Assembly: GCA_965217775.1 (NCBI GenBank)
Contig: CBDCJH010000002.1
Coordinates: 6,080,001 to 6,144,000, forward strand
Length of the DNA stretch: 64,000 nt
Reading direction: 5' to 3'
DNA from: Acidobacteriota bacterium
GTDB lineage: Bacteria; Acidobacteriota; UBA6911; RPQK01; JAJDTT01
Both the position numbers and the translations under genes were made by a program. Positions 20,750 through 31,471 of this stretch are shown here, piece by piece (positions within the stretch are counted from its first letter, which is position 1; each line of letters starts with the position of its first letter). Under the pieces are notes generated by a model that saw only the letters and a list, made by a program, of their open reading frames with translations, searched no databases and was not told the DNA's origin.

Positions 20750-21990
20750 ACATCCTTTTTTTTCGAGCAGACTCAGGACCTGCCGGGAGTATTTCGACTT
20801 CTCGGGGACCAGCTTTTGGCCGTCGAGAAGTTCCAATGCGTCAAGAACGGCTGTCGCTTGCCGGGTGCGTTTCTGGCCGGCGATCGCCCGCAGAGCGTCC
20901 TGGGCGGCCAAGTCCCGGTTCTTTGCCGTGATGAGGACCGAGAAACTGGGATAATCCGGCGCCTGATCCCGGAAATGACCTTGCAGGCAGATGCCTGCGA
21001 CGGTTTCAATCAGGTCCCGGAAGTTAATGGTCTGGTGTGGGGCGATGCCGGACAATTGCCGGACGGACTTCCCATGGGACCATTTCAACGGCGCCCTCGT
21101 ACGGCCCTGATAGGTGACGTCATAGGCATCCGACTTGTGCTGCTGTAGCCAGTGCACCAACTTGTCCTCGAAACGCCGGGCCTTGGTCTGGTAGGTCGCT
21201 TTGGCGTGACCCGACGAGGTGGAGGCCAGTTCCATGGCAGCGGTGTAGCTCCGAATCGCCGTGCGGTAATCGTCGTCCATCCCGGTCAGCCTCAGGAACA
21301 GCTCGTCGGATTTCTTCTCGTCCTTGAAGTGCGGGGGATCGAAAGGCTGTAGGAAATATAGGTAGAAGTCCCGTGGCGGGACCGCGGTGGAGCGTTCGTT
21401 GGGCGCGCCGAAGAAGAGGTAGCCCTGACACGGGGCATTCCGCTCCGGCCACGTCAAGGCTCGCTCCCAGGTCTTGTAGCCGGTCACGTGGGGAGGCTGG
21501 TCCTTGCACTCCATGACCTGGGTCAGCGCAGCATAGTAGTAACGGTCGAGTGTCGCGGAGTCGAGACGTTCGGCGCGTTTTTCGATGAGCGCGTCAAAGT
21601 CCTCGGTCTTTTGCAGGTCGAAATGGAACTGCCCATTGTCCGGATTGGAAGAGATGAATTGGCCGCTACGAACTGGATGTCTCTCCTGGCGATGAGAACC
21701 TGTTCGAAGCGGTCCTTCACCCGTCGGATGCTGTCGGCCACGTACGCGAAGCGGTCACTGTCGAAAATGGCGTCCTTGACGCCGACGATAAATCGGAAAC
21801 GCAGACTCTTGCACACCTCGCCGATTTCACGGAGGAAATTCAGGTCCAGGATGAGTTCCTGGTCCTTGCGGGTGCGCAGGTAGTCGAGAAGCTCATCCAC
21901 CACCAGGAGGAAGCCCAGATTCGGGTAGCGCTCGTGGAACGCGGACATCATGTCTTCGAAGGCGCGTTTGTTGCCGGAAACCTCCGACGG
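20750..21990 (-). pseudogene. BREX-3 ATPase (DUF6079) internal fragments with deletions
   Basis: [31 protein letters not shown] (Walker B), then a junction at ~21667 to [18 protein letters not shown]...[21 protein letters not shown]. Confidence 0.8.
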
Positions 21991-22363
21991 TTGTGCCATT
22001 CCACGCCGCAATCACGATCCTGTTGCGAGAGAGCCCCTGGAGCAACCGAAGCGGGTCCTGTCGTAGGCTAACGTCGAACAGGACCTCCAGGTTGTCGAGC
22101 AGGACCATTTCTTCACCGCCACGATCGGTAATCTCTTGAAGAAGGCGGGAAACGCGCAAGATCCGCTGGCGCCGGGTCAAGTCCAGCATTCGGCGCGATA
22201 GCTCGAGATTGACGTTCACCAACGGAGCCCCGCTATGATCCCGCAGCTCCCTTAGTACGGTTGTCTTGCCCGTACCGGCGGGGCCGACGACCAATACCAG
22301 CCGGTGAAAGAGTCCGGCTGCCTGCTTGACCTTCTTCATGATCCGATCGGCAACTGGTTCCAC
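21990..22363 (-). pseudogene. brxF: BREX-3 P-loop protein BrxF, 3'-truncated
   Basis: HRLVLVVGPAGTGKT...VNVNLELS...[33 protein letters not shown], then fused by deletion to DUF6079 sequence. Confidence 0.85.
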
Positions 22364-22805
22364 TGAAGTATTTCTTCCTCAGGCCGTGAGGCTTCAATCC
22401 AGGCTTCGTCCAAACGGTTTGCCGAAACCAACTACCTGCGCGTCGGCCATCGCGAGTAGTGGTGGCCATGCGCTTGCTCCAGGCATCGGATGCCGGGTTC
22501 GACCCAAACGAAGACGGACATGCATGACCATTTCCAAGAAAGTAGCATGAAGAAAACTCGGCCTGCCACAGCGAGCCAGAACTGTCCAAGGCTAGTCAGG
22601 CCCTCCGGGAAGAGTGCTGACGACGACCGCATAGACGAAGGTACCCACGAAGCTCACCGAAAAAGCAAGGGCCTCCGAAGAGGCCCTGCGCCCTGCGGTC
22701 GAAACTGCAAGGGGTGTGCCGCTAATTTACGCGCCCGACCGATGAAGATCAAGCCGGTTTGTTCTAGATGAAAGACGACCCCGTTGTGTTTCCGGAGTGA
22801 CGCTG

Positions 22806-23276
22806 CTACCGTCCCTCCTCGCGTTTGACCCCCGGGCTGAAGATCTCCAGCAGCTTCTCCCGCCGGTAGTCGAAGATCCGCTTCACGTCTCGTCCAACCC
22901 CCAACCGGTTCACCACGGCGCCGCCCCAGACGGCGTACCGGACCGTGTCCTCGCAGATGGCGCCATTCTCCGAATCGCGAAATCGATGCTCGTGGAACCA
23001 GAGGCGGTAAGGACCCTTGAACTGCCGGTCGACGAATCGATGGGGCGGCTCCCACGCCGTGATTTCGCTGATCCAACGGATCGGCACTCCTCGGAGGCGC
23101 AACCGGTATTCGACCCGGGTTCCCACCTCCATCCGGATGGGCTCGGGCGTCACTACTTGGAATCGGAGCCAGGGAGGGGTCAGTCTCTCCAAATTGTAGG
23201 CGTCGGAGAAAAAGGGAAAGAGGTCTGAAGTCCGTCGAGCGACCCGGACCTCGCTGTTCAGCTCGAAGATTCTCAT
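22806..23276 (-). CDS. SRPBCC family protein
   Basis: FFSDAYNLERLTPPW...FVDRQFKGPYRLWFHEHRF...IFDYR. Confidence 0.9.
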   Translation of the reverse strand: MRIFELNSEVRVARRTSDLFPFFSDAYNLERLTPPWLRFQVVTPEPIRMEVGTRVEYRLRLRGVPIRWISEITAWEPPHRFVDRQFKGPYRLWFHEHRFRDSENGAICEDTVRYAVWGGAVVNRLGVGRDVKRIFDYRREKLLEIFSPGVKREEGR

Positions 23277-23502
23277 ACGGGTCCTTCCGGGTGACGGCCG
23301 AGTTCCGTCCAGTCGATCGAGTTGCGCCGGGCTGGAGCTTCGGAATCCGGGCGCTGCCGAGGTCCACAGTTCAGTCTATCCGCTTCCGGCATGCCGGGGT
23401 CCCCAGCCACCACCTCAAGAAGCCTGGGTCACGGCGAAAGATGTAGGGCTGGCAGCCGACGTTCCATCCTGGGTAAACTTGGCGGCGACATCGAAGGTAA
23501 CG

Positions 23503-24288
23503 ATGGCTCCCCTGATTACGGATCGTCTCGGCGAATTGCTGCAAGAGCATGAACATCTCTACGGCGTCCTGTGCCGGGACGCGACGCTGACCGACGTCGA
23601 GTTGATGGCGCAGGCCGGCTACCACCTGGTCTGGTTGGATCTGGAGCACTGTCCCCAGTCCATTTCCGAGTTGATCCGGCTCACCCGCAGCATCGAGCAT
23701 CTGGGGATGGTGCCCCTGGTGCGGATCCCCGAGTTGCTGCGCACCAACGTCCAACCCCTGGTGGATGGGGGCGTCCGGATCGTGACCCTGCCGGACGTCC
23801 GGACCGTGGAGCAGGCCGCCCGGCTGGTTCAACTGGGAAAGTTCCCGCCCCTGGGACAGCGAGGCGTCTCCTCCACCAGCGCCGGGATCGGCTTTCAGCT
23901 TGGTCCTGATCCGCTGGAGACTCTGCACCGGGTCGACCGGACGGTTCGGATGATGGTCATGTTCGAGAGCGACGAGGGTTACGGGAACCTGGAGGAGATC
24001 GTCGGCCTCGACGGGATTGACATGGTCTCCGTGGGCCCCGGGGACTGGGCCACCGGCCTGGGTCTCGGCGGCCGGGAGGCGAAAGAGTATCTGGTCCCCA
24101 AGATCGAACACATCTTGCGGGTGACGCGGGACGCGGGCAAGATTTCGGTCATGTCCGCCTCCGGGCCCGCCGATGCGCGGTACTATTCCGATCTGGGCGT
24201 CCGATTATTCATCGTGGGTGTCGACGTGGCGCTGAAGCGCATGGCGTTGGTGAAGGCGCTGCGCCAGTATCAGGGCGGGGAGGTGTGA
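23503..24288 (+). CDS. HpcH/HpaI aldolase family protein
   Basis: WLDLEHCP, PLVRIP, KFPPLGQRG and GPGDW. Confidence 0.9.
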   Translation: MAPLITDRLGELLQEHEHLYGVLCRDATLTDVELMAQAGYHLVWLDLEHCPQSISELIRLTRSIEHLGMVPLVRIPELLRTNVQPLVDGGVRIVTLPDVRTVEQAARLVQLGKFPPLGQRGVSSTSAGIGFQLGPDPLETLHRVDRTVRMMVMFESDEGYGNLEEIVGLDGIDMVSVGPGDWATGLGLGGREAKEYLVPKIEHILRVTRDAGKISVMSASGPADARYYSDLGVRLFIVGVDVALKRMALVKALRQYQGGEV

Positions 24289-25040
24289 TGACGGTTCGAC
24301 TCGAATTTGTGGGACATGCCTGCTTTCGTATCTTGGAAGAGAGAAGGCCGACCCTGGTCACGGACCCGTTCTCCCTGACCATCGCCGGTCTGCCGAACGA
24401 CGATCTGAGTCTGGACGGAGACATCGTGATCGTCAGCTCGCTGACCGATCTCGCCCACGACAACGTCGCTCTGGTCAAAGGGAAGCCCCAGGTGATCAAC
24501 GCCCTGGACGTGGCCAACGGCCGGGTCGAGGGGACCATCAACGGCCAGCCCGTGGCGGCGATCCCGGCGGCGGAGACGCCGGATCATCCCGACGGTCCCG
24601 AAGACAACGCCCTCTACGCCTTCCAGGCGGGAGGCCTGTGGTTCGCGCACATGGGGGACGTGGGGTACGAGCTGGGCCGGGAGGAGTTGGCGCCATGGAA
24701 ACGCCGGTGCGACGTGCTGATGGCGCTGGTGGGCGCGGGGTTCACCGTCCCCTTGGATGCCCTGGACCGGATGATCGATATCCTGCAACCCACCTGGATC
24801 GTTCCCATGCACTACGCTCTGCCGCCCTTCGGATTCCGGGGAGTTCCCGGCGGCAACATGAGTCCGGTGGATGTCTTCCTGAATCGGCGGCCGCGGGATC
24901 CGGTCCTCGTTGTCCGCCATCACACCATCTCGTTCCCGACGCAGCGTGCTTCTAACGGACGGCCCACCCTCGTGGTCCTGGAGCCGTCGGGCTACCAGGC
25001 GACCGGTGGACTTCCCGAGTTCCAGGTCGCGCCCTATTGA
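24285..25040 (+). CDS. Metallo-beta-lactamase-fold hydrolase (Lactamase_B_3-like)
   Basis: GHACF, TDPF, AHMGD and VPMHY. The HxHxDH motif is degenerate (SSLTDLAHD). Confidence 0.75.
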   Translation: MMTVRLEFVGHACFRILEERRPTLVTDPFSLTIAGLPNDDLSLDGDIVIVSSLTDLAHDNVALVKGKPQVINALDVANGRVEGTINGQPVAAIPAAETPDHPDGPEDNALYAFQAGGLWFAHMGDVGYELGREELAPWKRRCDVLMALVGAGFTVPLDALDRMIDILQPTWIVPMHYALPPFGFRGVPGGNMSPVDVFLNRRPRDPVLVVRHHTISFPTQRASNGRPTLVVLEPSGYQATGGLPEFQVAPY

Positions 25041-25160
25041 ATCCGGCGGCCGCGCGTCGCGCAGCCAAGAACAAGGGACGATCGGCGAGACTATGGCGAG
25101 GACCGTTTCATCACCGTCGGCTTTCCAGCCGCCGGCTCTTCGTCTGGCTCCGCTTTGGGG

Positions 25161-25191
25161 TGAAGAGGGCACCCACAAGGGGCGCCCCTAC
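25161..25191 (-). repeat. GTAG-type REP (second copy at 29328-29358)
   Basis: Minus strand GTAGGGGCGCCCCTTGTGGGTGCCCT. The two copies differ at one position. Confidence 0.75.
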
Positions 25192-25675
25192 TAGAACCTT
25201 TCTTCGGTTTGTTCCCGAAAAAAGGTCTGTGCCTTGTTGATCTCGCTCATTATCTTGTTGTCAGGCAAGTCTCCCCGAACAAAAATCAGCACTGACGCCG
25301 GCTCAGAATCATCAATATTCAAGTGCATCGCCCAAAGGTTGAAAGCACACTTGCCTGTAGCAGTGCCGTAGCGGCGTTTGAACAGCAGGTCTTGATTGGC
25401 TTTTCCGCGACGCATCAGAGCGTAGCAAAATGGATTCTTTTGCATCTTTCGTACTCGATTTTCCTACAACTTATATTTCTTGCCTCGAGACAATTCGGAT
25501 ATTTGTATAAGTTAATAGCTATCTATGTTTCCCCGGCTGCGGGGAGAAACAGGCGTGACGAAGCACATACGCCTCCAGCCGCAACAGATATAAAGGTATA
25601 TATATGTAAATACATAAATAATGTTATTCAACGGCAGACAATAGGAACAGCATGTGTGTTTCCGGAGCCGTCGGG

Positions 25676-27040
25676 TTATCCGGGCCCATAGGCTCCCCAG
25701 GGATTCTTGTCCAAGACCCTTTCCAGAAAGCGCAGGGCATTTCCGCCCAGAATCTTCCGGATCTCCTCGTCGCTGAAGCCGCGGGCCACCAGGCCGACCG
25801 TCCAATAGGGCCAGTTGCTCCACTCCATGGGCCGGGCTGAGTAGTTGGGAATATAGGTCAAGTCGGTCCCGATGCCAACGTGGTCGATCCCGGCCACCTT
25901 GACTGCGTGTTCCAGGTGCCGGGCGAACTGTTCGAACGTCGCCGGACGGGGCGGGTCGCTGTTCCACTTGGAACGGTTCGCCGGGTCCCCCTGCTCCCAG
26001 AGCCGGTGGTCCACGATGTAGATGCCGATGAGGCCGCCCTTGCCCGCCACCACCCGGAGGTAGTCGTCGTCCACGTTGCGCTGGTCGATGTCCCGGTAGA
26101 CGGCGGAGCAGGCGGTGTGACTGTTGATCACCGGCTCAACCGAAGTCTCGGCTGCATCCAGCGCAGTCCGGCGGGCGGCGTGGGAAAGATCGACGGCGAC
26201 GCCGAGTTCGTTCATCCGGAGCACCAGTTGGCGGCCCTCCCGGGAGAGACCCGGATCCCGGTGCCAGAGTTGGTAGGCGTCCCAGGCCACGGCGTTGGAG
26301 TGGGTGTGGCTGAGTTGGGCCATGCGCACTCCCAGTCCGTAGAACAGGTCCAGGTGCTCCACCGACTTGCCGGGCACCCAGAGCGCGTGGACGCCCTGGA
26401 GTTGGGAGAGGAGTCCCAACTTCCCCTGGTTGCGCGCCTTGCGAAGATCCTTTGCGCCTGCAATTCGCACGACGTCGGGCAGGCGGCCGTAGGCCAGATT
26501 GGATGTAGCCATCCAGCGCAGACACTGATCGAAGGTATAGTGGCCGGCGTTGTCCTCCACGGCCAGATCCAACCCCGTGAGCTGGTAAAGTGCCCTCCAG
26601 TCCTCTTGCCAGCCGTTTTCGAAGGCCGACTCCAAGGGCTTATGGTTCCACCAGGTCCGGCGCACCAGACGGGAGGCCTCCCTGGGGTCGACGCCTTCGG
26701 CTTCCAGCTCCTTCCGATTCCACGCGAGCATATGCTGGAGTCGCGGCCCCGGCTGCCCGATGGCGGCGGCAACGTAGACGGCGCCCATGAGATCGGCGAC
26801 ATAGGCGTCGTGGTGGAGCTCCAAGCCGTGTTCGAGTTGTTTCGGAGTCGGCTTCAGCTCGGCCAGGATGGTTTCTCTTCCGGCCATCACACGTGATCGG
26901 ATCGGCTCTCTCAGCGACTTGCCGGTCAGAGCCTCGGGGGTGGGGGCGGCCCCGCGCGAGTAGACGTACGGCGCTGTGGCGAGTCCGCCGGCGAGCGTCC
27001 CCTGCAGGAGCGAACGCCTGGAAAATGGTTGCTGCTTCAT
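25676..27040 (-). CDS. Tat-exported membrane dipeptidase (peptidase M19)
   Basis: SRRSLL Tat motif, VDLSHA, NSHT, RN and GIDHVGIGTD...ILGGN. Confidence 0.9.
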   Translation of the reverse strand: MKQQPFSRRSLLQGTLAGGLATAPYVYSRGAAPTPEALTGKSLREPIRSRVMAGRETILAELKPTPKQLEHGLELHHDAYVADLMGAVYVAAAIGQPGPRLQHMLAWNRKELEAEGVDPREASRLVRRTWWNHKPLESAFENGWQEDWRALYQLTGLDLAVEDNAGHYTFDQCLRWMATSNLAYGRLPDVVRIAGAKDLRKARNQGKLGLLSQLQGVHALWVPGKSVEHLDLFYGLGVRMAQLSHTHSNAVAWDAYQLWHRDPGLSREGRQLVLRMNELGVAVDLSHAARRTALDAAETSVEPVINSHTACSAVYRDIDQRNVDDDYLRVVAGKGGLIGIYIVDHRLWEQGDPANRSKWNSDPPRPATFEQFARHLEHAVKVAGIDHVGIGTDLTYIPNYSARPMEWSNWPYWTVGLVARGFSDEEIRKILGGNALRFLERVLDKNPWGAYGPG

Positions 27041-27062
27041 GATCCGGCACCTCGTTTGGACG

Positions 27063-28958
27063 TCACCTTTCGAATCGGCGAAACCATCCCGATTCGGGAT
27101 TGGATTCCATCGTCCCCCAACGGGATCGCCACCAAAAGTCCGACCGCGACCCCGTGGGAGTGTCCACGTCTCGAACCATCAGGTTCAAGCGCAAGTTCCG
27201 CCAGGTGGCCCCGGCAATCCCGTCCAGGGAGGCATGGGGGATGGCCACCTCCAGGGTATACCCGGCCGGGTTGAGCGAACTCCAAGCCCGCAGGCCATCG
27301 ATGGGGTTCCGGCCGCGAAACACGATAGCAGCTCCAGGCTGGGAGCCCGGGGCGAGGCGAACTGTACGGTCACGACTCGTTGCGGTGGCGGCATCGGACT
27401 GGCCCGAGCCTCCTCCGGCTTCGGCGGGACGGGGATCCAGGTACAGAACGACGCTGTCCCGGAGCGAAGACCGCCTGCCGGCCAGGTGGATCCGCTGATC
27501 GTCCCGCACTTCCACACCGAGATACAAATACGCCGGGTCTTGAACCAGGCCGAAGCGAACCCCGAGATCTTCAGGGCCGCTCCAGGTGGAGGAGTCTCCG
27601 GTCAACTGCCGGGGCCGAGCCATGGAGACGGGAAGGGACGGCCAATCGTCGAGTCGTCCGTCCAGGGTTGGCGGGCCCTCGTTCAGGTCAGCGATGAGCG
27701 GCCGCCGCTCTGCCGCGGCGTAAATGGTCCGAGTCCAGGAGACGGGCCGGGGGAGTTGATCCGGCCGGTAGGTGGTCCGCACTTCCGCCGCCAGAGCGTC
27801 CTCGGCGGTGGGTTGCCAGGATTCGGGCCAACTCAGCCTGACCTCCAGCCTCTCGGTGGAACCGGGCGCCAGCGTCTTGACGACGGCGTAGGGAGACGGT
27901 GTCAGATGCGGGTGGGCTTCCCAGCGGACACGGATCTCGAGCGGCATATCCGCCCGGTTCTCCAGCTCAAGCCAGGTCCGCCCGCGCCCGGGGGAATCGG
28001 TGGTGATGGTGTCGAGTCGTACCGCATACTCACCGCCGAGACGATTCGTGAGCCGCGCCATGGCCTCGGTCCGCACGTCCTCTCCCAGGATCCCGTCCAG
28101 CTTCAGGTTGGCCATCACCGGTCCGTCAGCGGTCATGGTGACCCAACTGATGTGGTCGAAGCGGCCGTGGGAGAGCCCGGAGAGGGGACTGGCGCCGCCG
28201 GTTGTGGCCAATTGGTAGTATTTGTACTGGGCGCGCTGGTAGCGGACGTAGCGGTGCCGGTGCCCGGCAAAGACCGTGTGGGGCCGGCCGGCCAGGGCCT
28301 GTTCCACCGCTTCCCATCCCGATCCCGCCTGGTAATTCCAAAGCGGTTTGTGGAGAAAGACCAGGGTCCAGCGGACCTGAGTGTTGGCTTCCAGGATCTG
28401 CCGCGCGAAGGCGGCCTGCTCGGGTCCGATCCGGCTGGCCTTCCCGTCTTCGGTGTTCAGACAGAGGAAGAGGACCCCCTTGTAGACGAAGTGGTAGTAG
28501 GTGGGGCCGAACCGCTTCGTCCACTCCCTCCGGGCCGTGTCGTTCCAGATGTCGTGGTTGCCGGGCACGTAGAAGAACCGCATCCGGAGGATGTCGACGG
28601 AGTCCCGGAAATCGGACCACTCGCGCTCGACCTGGTCCAGGTCGTCGGTCGCCCCCTCGATGAGGTCTCCCACGCTGACGACGAACTCCGGCCGCAGATG
28701 GTTGATCTTGCGGAGCGCGCTGCGAAATATGCCCTCCCGGTGTCCGCCGGTGCGGTCGGAGACGATGATGAATTGGAATTCGTCCGGGTTGTTCAGCAGA
28801 CCCTTGTCGGTCCACGGAGTGGGTCCCTCGATCTCGGGGAATCGGGTCGGGTGCTTACCGGAGTCCTCACTCGGAGGGGTCCAGGCGGCGACCAGTCCCA
28901 AGCCTGAAACCACTGCCAGGATCAGCAATCGGCGGAAGGTGGTGTTTCTTGTCTTCAT
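27063..28958 (-). CDS. Secreted calcineurin-like metallophosphoesterase with C-terminal CBM9-like domain
   Basis: SD, GDLIEG, GNHD, HKP and GHRH motifs. C-terminal PTLDGRLDDW...YLYLGVEVRDD...YTLEVAIP. Confidence 0.85.
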   Translation of the reverse strand: MKTRNTTFRRLLILAVVSGLGLVAAWTPPSEDSGKHPTRFPEIEGPTPWTDKGLLNNPDEFQFIIVSDRTGGHREGIFRSALRKINHLRPEFVVSVGDLIEGATDDLDQVEREWSDFRDSVDILRMRFFYVPGNHDIWNDTARREWTKRFGPTYYHFVYKGVLFLCLNTEDGKASRIGPEQAAFARQILEANTQVRWTLVFLHKPLWNYQAGSGWEAVEQALAGRPHTVFAGHRHRYVRYQRAQYKYYQLATTGGASPLSGLSHGRFDHISWVTMTADGPVMANLKLDGILGEDVRTEAMARLTNRLGGEYAVRLDTITTDSPGRGRTWLELENRADMPLEIRVRWEAHPHLTPSPYAVVKTLAPGSTERLEVRLSWPESWQPTAEDALAAEVRTTYRPDQLPRPVSWTRTIYAAAERRPLIADLNEGPPTLDGRLDDWPSLPVSMARPRQLTGDSSTWSGPEDLGVRFGLVQDPAYLYLGVEVRDDQRIHLAGRRSSLRDSVVLYLDPRPAEAGGGSGQSDAATATSRDRTVRLAPGSQPGAAIVFRGRNPIDGLRAWSSLNPAGYTLEVAIPHASLDGIAGATWRNLRLNLMVRDVDTPTGSRSDFWWRSRWGTMESNPESGWFRRFER

Positions 28959-29092
28959 GGACTCATTCTATGCGGCTTCCTGAGACTTCGTCACGAATGG
29001 AAGATGGAAAATAGGCGAAAATTGTGGGTTCGGCGGCTGGAAACCCGCCGCCTTCGGGTCTTCCGGCGGCAACTCGTCGTGGGACAGGAAAA

Positions 29093-29169
<77 letters not shown>

Positions 29170-29215
29170 ATGAAGAACGGCAAATTATAGCTTACGCGGG
29201 AAATGGCTGGCAAAT

Positions 29216-29358
29216 GTGGGGGCGGGGGTTTGTAACCCCCGATTCTTGGAGATGTGGGGGATAGGGATGTGCGCCTTTCTACGCGGGGGACAACATGTCC
29301 CCCCTCCCATGCACGCCGGTTGCCTCCTGAAGAGGGCACCCACGAGGGGCGCCCCTAC
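29216..29358. repeat. Composite REP/REPIN-like cluster
   Basis: GGGGGTTTGTAACCCCC, GGGGGACAACATGTCCCCC and a GTAG-REP. Homologous in inverted orientation to 39873-39980. Confidence 0.75.
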
Positions 29359-29421
29359 GGTGTTTGGTTTGAAACCAATGGGATGCGTATTGCGGCGCCG
29401 TCCCTATGGACTATTGCTAGA

Positions 29422-29886
29422 ATGAAGCCCGTGGCCAGGAATGTGGGGACCGAGATACCGGACCGGATCGTCGCCGAGATTCGAAGAGATCCTCCGATAC
29501 CGGAGGCGATTCCGCTCGTCAGCGTGGACCCGGAGGGATTTCCGCATGTCGCCCTCCTGTCCTACTACGAACTCTTTCTCCAGGACGGGGTCCTCGGGTT
29601 TTTCGTCCAAAACGGGAGCCGTTCGGGACGCTTCCTCAAGACCGGACGCCGCTGTACGCTCCTGTTCGTGAACCCCGACTTCGTGGTTTACGTCAAGGGA
29701 CGGGCTCATTGGAGAGGGGATCGGGAGTCCTGCTCCGTTTTTCAGCTCCAGGTGGAGGCCGTGCTGGAGGACTCTCCTCTGCCCGAAGAAGGGGACGTAT
29801 TCCTGAAGTCCGGGATCCGGTTCGCAGCCGATGAAACGTCGCTCGCGAGTCGAGCCCGATTGAGGCGGAGGATGGTATGGAACTAG
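29422..29886 (+). CDS. Pyridoxamine 5'-phosphate oxidase-like FMN-binding protein
   Basis: LVSVDPEGFPHVALLS split-barrel signature. The start may be GTG 29431. Confidence 0.7.
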   Translation: MKPVARNVGTEIPDRIVAEIRRDPPIPEAIPLVSVDPEGFPHVALLSYYELFLQDGVLGFFVQNGSRSGRFLKTGRRCTLLFVNPDFVVYVKGRAHWRGDRESCSVFQLQVEAVLEDSPLPEEGDVFLKSGIRFAADETSLASRARLRRRMVWN

Positions 29887-31310
29887 CGAAGCATCGGGCC
29901 GACGTCGTGGTCGTCGGAGCCGGACCTGGAGGTTATGCGGCCGCGTTTCGGGCGGCCGATCTGGGCCTTCAGGTGGTGATGCTGGATGCCCGGGGACGGC
30001 CCGGAGGCGTCTGTCTTCACGACGGGTGCATCCCCTCCAAGACCCTGCTCCACGTGTCGGACCTCCTGACCCGGATTCGCGAGGCGGATCGGCTGGGCAT
30101 CGAGGTCGGGGAGCCGAGGGTGAATCTGGACCGGCTCCGGTCCTGGAAACGCTCGGTCATCGACCGTCTCGCGTCCGGAGTCGCCCACCTGGCCCGCCAG
30201 CGAGGCGTGCGGATGATCTGGGGGCGAGCTCGATTCTTGAGGTCGGGCAGACTGGCGGTCAGCGGAGAGGATTCCGCGGAGATCGACTTTTCCCACGCTG
30301 TCCTGGCCACAGGCTCGCGGCCCGTGGCCTTGCCCGGAATGCCGCTCGGCAGCCCCCGCCTCTTGGACTCAACCACGGCGCTCGACCTGGAGACGATTCC
30401 CGAGAGCCTGCTGGTGATCGGCGGGGGGTACATCGGCCTGGAACTGGGGACCGTCTACGCGGCTCTGGGAAGCCGGGTCACGGTGGTGGAGATGTTGGAC
30501 GGCCTGCTTCCCGGCGTGGACCGGGATCTGGTCCGGCCTCTGGAGAAACGGATCCGGAGTCACTTTGAAGCGGTTCATCTACGAAGCCGGGTCGGGCGCG
30601 TGCGGGAAATCGAGGACGGACTGGAGGTGGAGCTGGAATTGCCGGGTGAAACGGTTACACGCCGCTTCGACCAGGTGCTGGTGGCCGTGGGCCGGCGTCC
30701 GAATTCGGAGGGACTGGGCCTGGAGAATACGGGAGTGACGGTCGACGCCCAGGGCTTCATCCGGACGGACACACAGTGCCGGACCGACGATCCGACGATC
30801 TTCGCCATCGGCGACGTGGCCGGCCAGCCCATGCTGGCTCACAAGGCCACCAGGGAGGCCAAAGTGGCCGCCGAGGTCATCGTGGGCGTGGAGTCCGGTT
30901 TCGAGCCGGAGGCGATTCCGGCCGTGGTGTTCACCGATCCCGAGGTGGCCTGGTGCGGCCTCACCGAAGCGGAAGCCAAGGCCACCGGCCAGGAGGTCCG
31001 CGTGTTGCGGTTCCCTTGGGCGGCTTCGGGCCGGGCCCTGACCATGGGGAGGTCCGAGGGCATGACCAAGCTGATTCTCGAGCCCGACTCGGGGCAGGTC
31101 CTGGGGGTGGGCATCGTGGGAGTCCACGCCGGTGAGCTCATAGCGGAGGGGGTGGCGGCCATCGAGATGGCGGCTCTGGCGGAGGATCTGACGCTCTTCA
31201 TTCATGCTCATCCCACGCTTTCGGAGACCTTGGGAGAGGCGGCGGAGTTCTTCCTGGGTCAGCCCACGCACCTGTTTCGCCGGCCGAGGAGGCGGGGGGG
31301 CGATTTCTAG
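29877..31310 (+). CDS. lpdA: Dihydrolipoyl dehydrogenase
   Basis: GAGPGGY, GGVCLHDGCIPSK, GGGYIGLE and HAHPTLSE. Confidence 0.97.
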   Translation: MELAKHRADVVVVGAGPGGYAAAFRAADLGLQVVMLDARGRPGGVCLHDGCIPSKTLLHVSDLLTRIREADRLGIEVGEPRVNLDRLRSWKRSVIDRLASGVAHLARQRGVRMIWGRARFLRSGRLAVSGEDSAEIDFSHAVLATGSRPVALPGMPLGSPRLLDSTTALDLETIPESLLVIGGGYIGLELGTVYAALGSRVTVVEMLDGLLPGVDRDLVRPLEKRIRSHFEAVHLRSRVGRVREIEDGLEVELELPGETVTRRFDQVLVAVGRRPNSEGLGLENTGVTVDAQGFIRTDTQCRTDDPTIFAIGDVAGQPMLAHKATREAKVAAEVIVGVESGFEPEAIPAVVFTDPEVAWCGLTEAEAKATGQEVRVLRFPWAASGRALTMGRSEGMTKLILEPDSGQVLGVGIVGVHAGELIAEGVAAIEMAALAEDLTLFIHAHPTLSETLGEAAEFFLGQPTHLFRRPRRRGGDF

Positions 31311-31403
31311 TCGCCCGGTCACCGAGTTGTTGTGGATTGGGAGGTGGGCCACTGGGCGACTAGAAATCGCCCCACCTGTTCGGCGGTTGGAAACCGCCGC
31401 TCC
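31295..31403. repeat. REP-like palindrome cluster
   Basis: GGGCGATTTCTAGTCGCCC, its inverse GGGCGACTAGAAATCGCCC, and CGGCGGTTGGAAACCGCCGCTCC. Confidence 0.75.
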
Positions 31404-31471
31404 GCCGGTTTGCCTTGCGTCGGCGTTCAGGAGTATTTTTGGAGCCGCTTCCAAGAAAGGAACGATCCACC

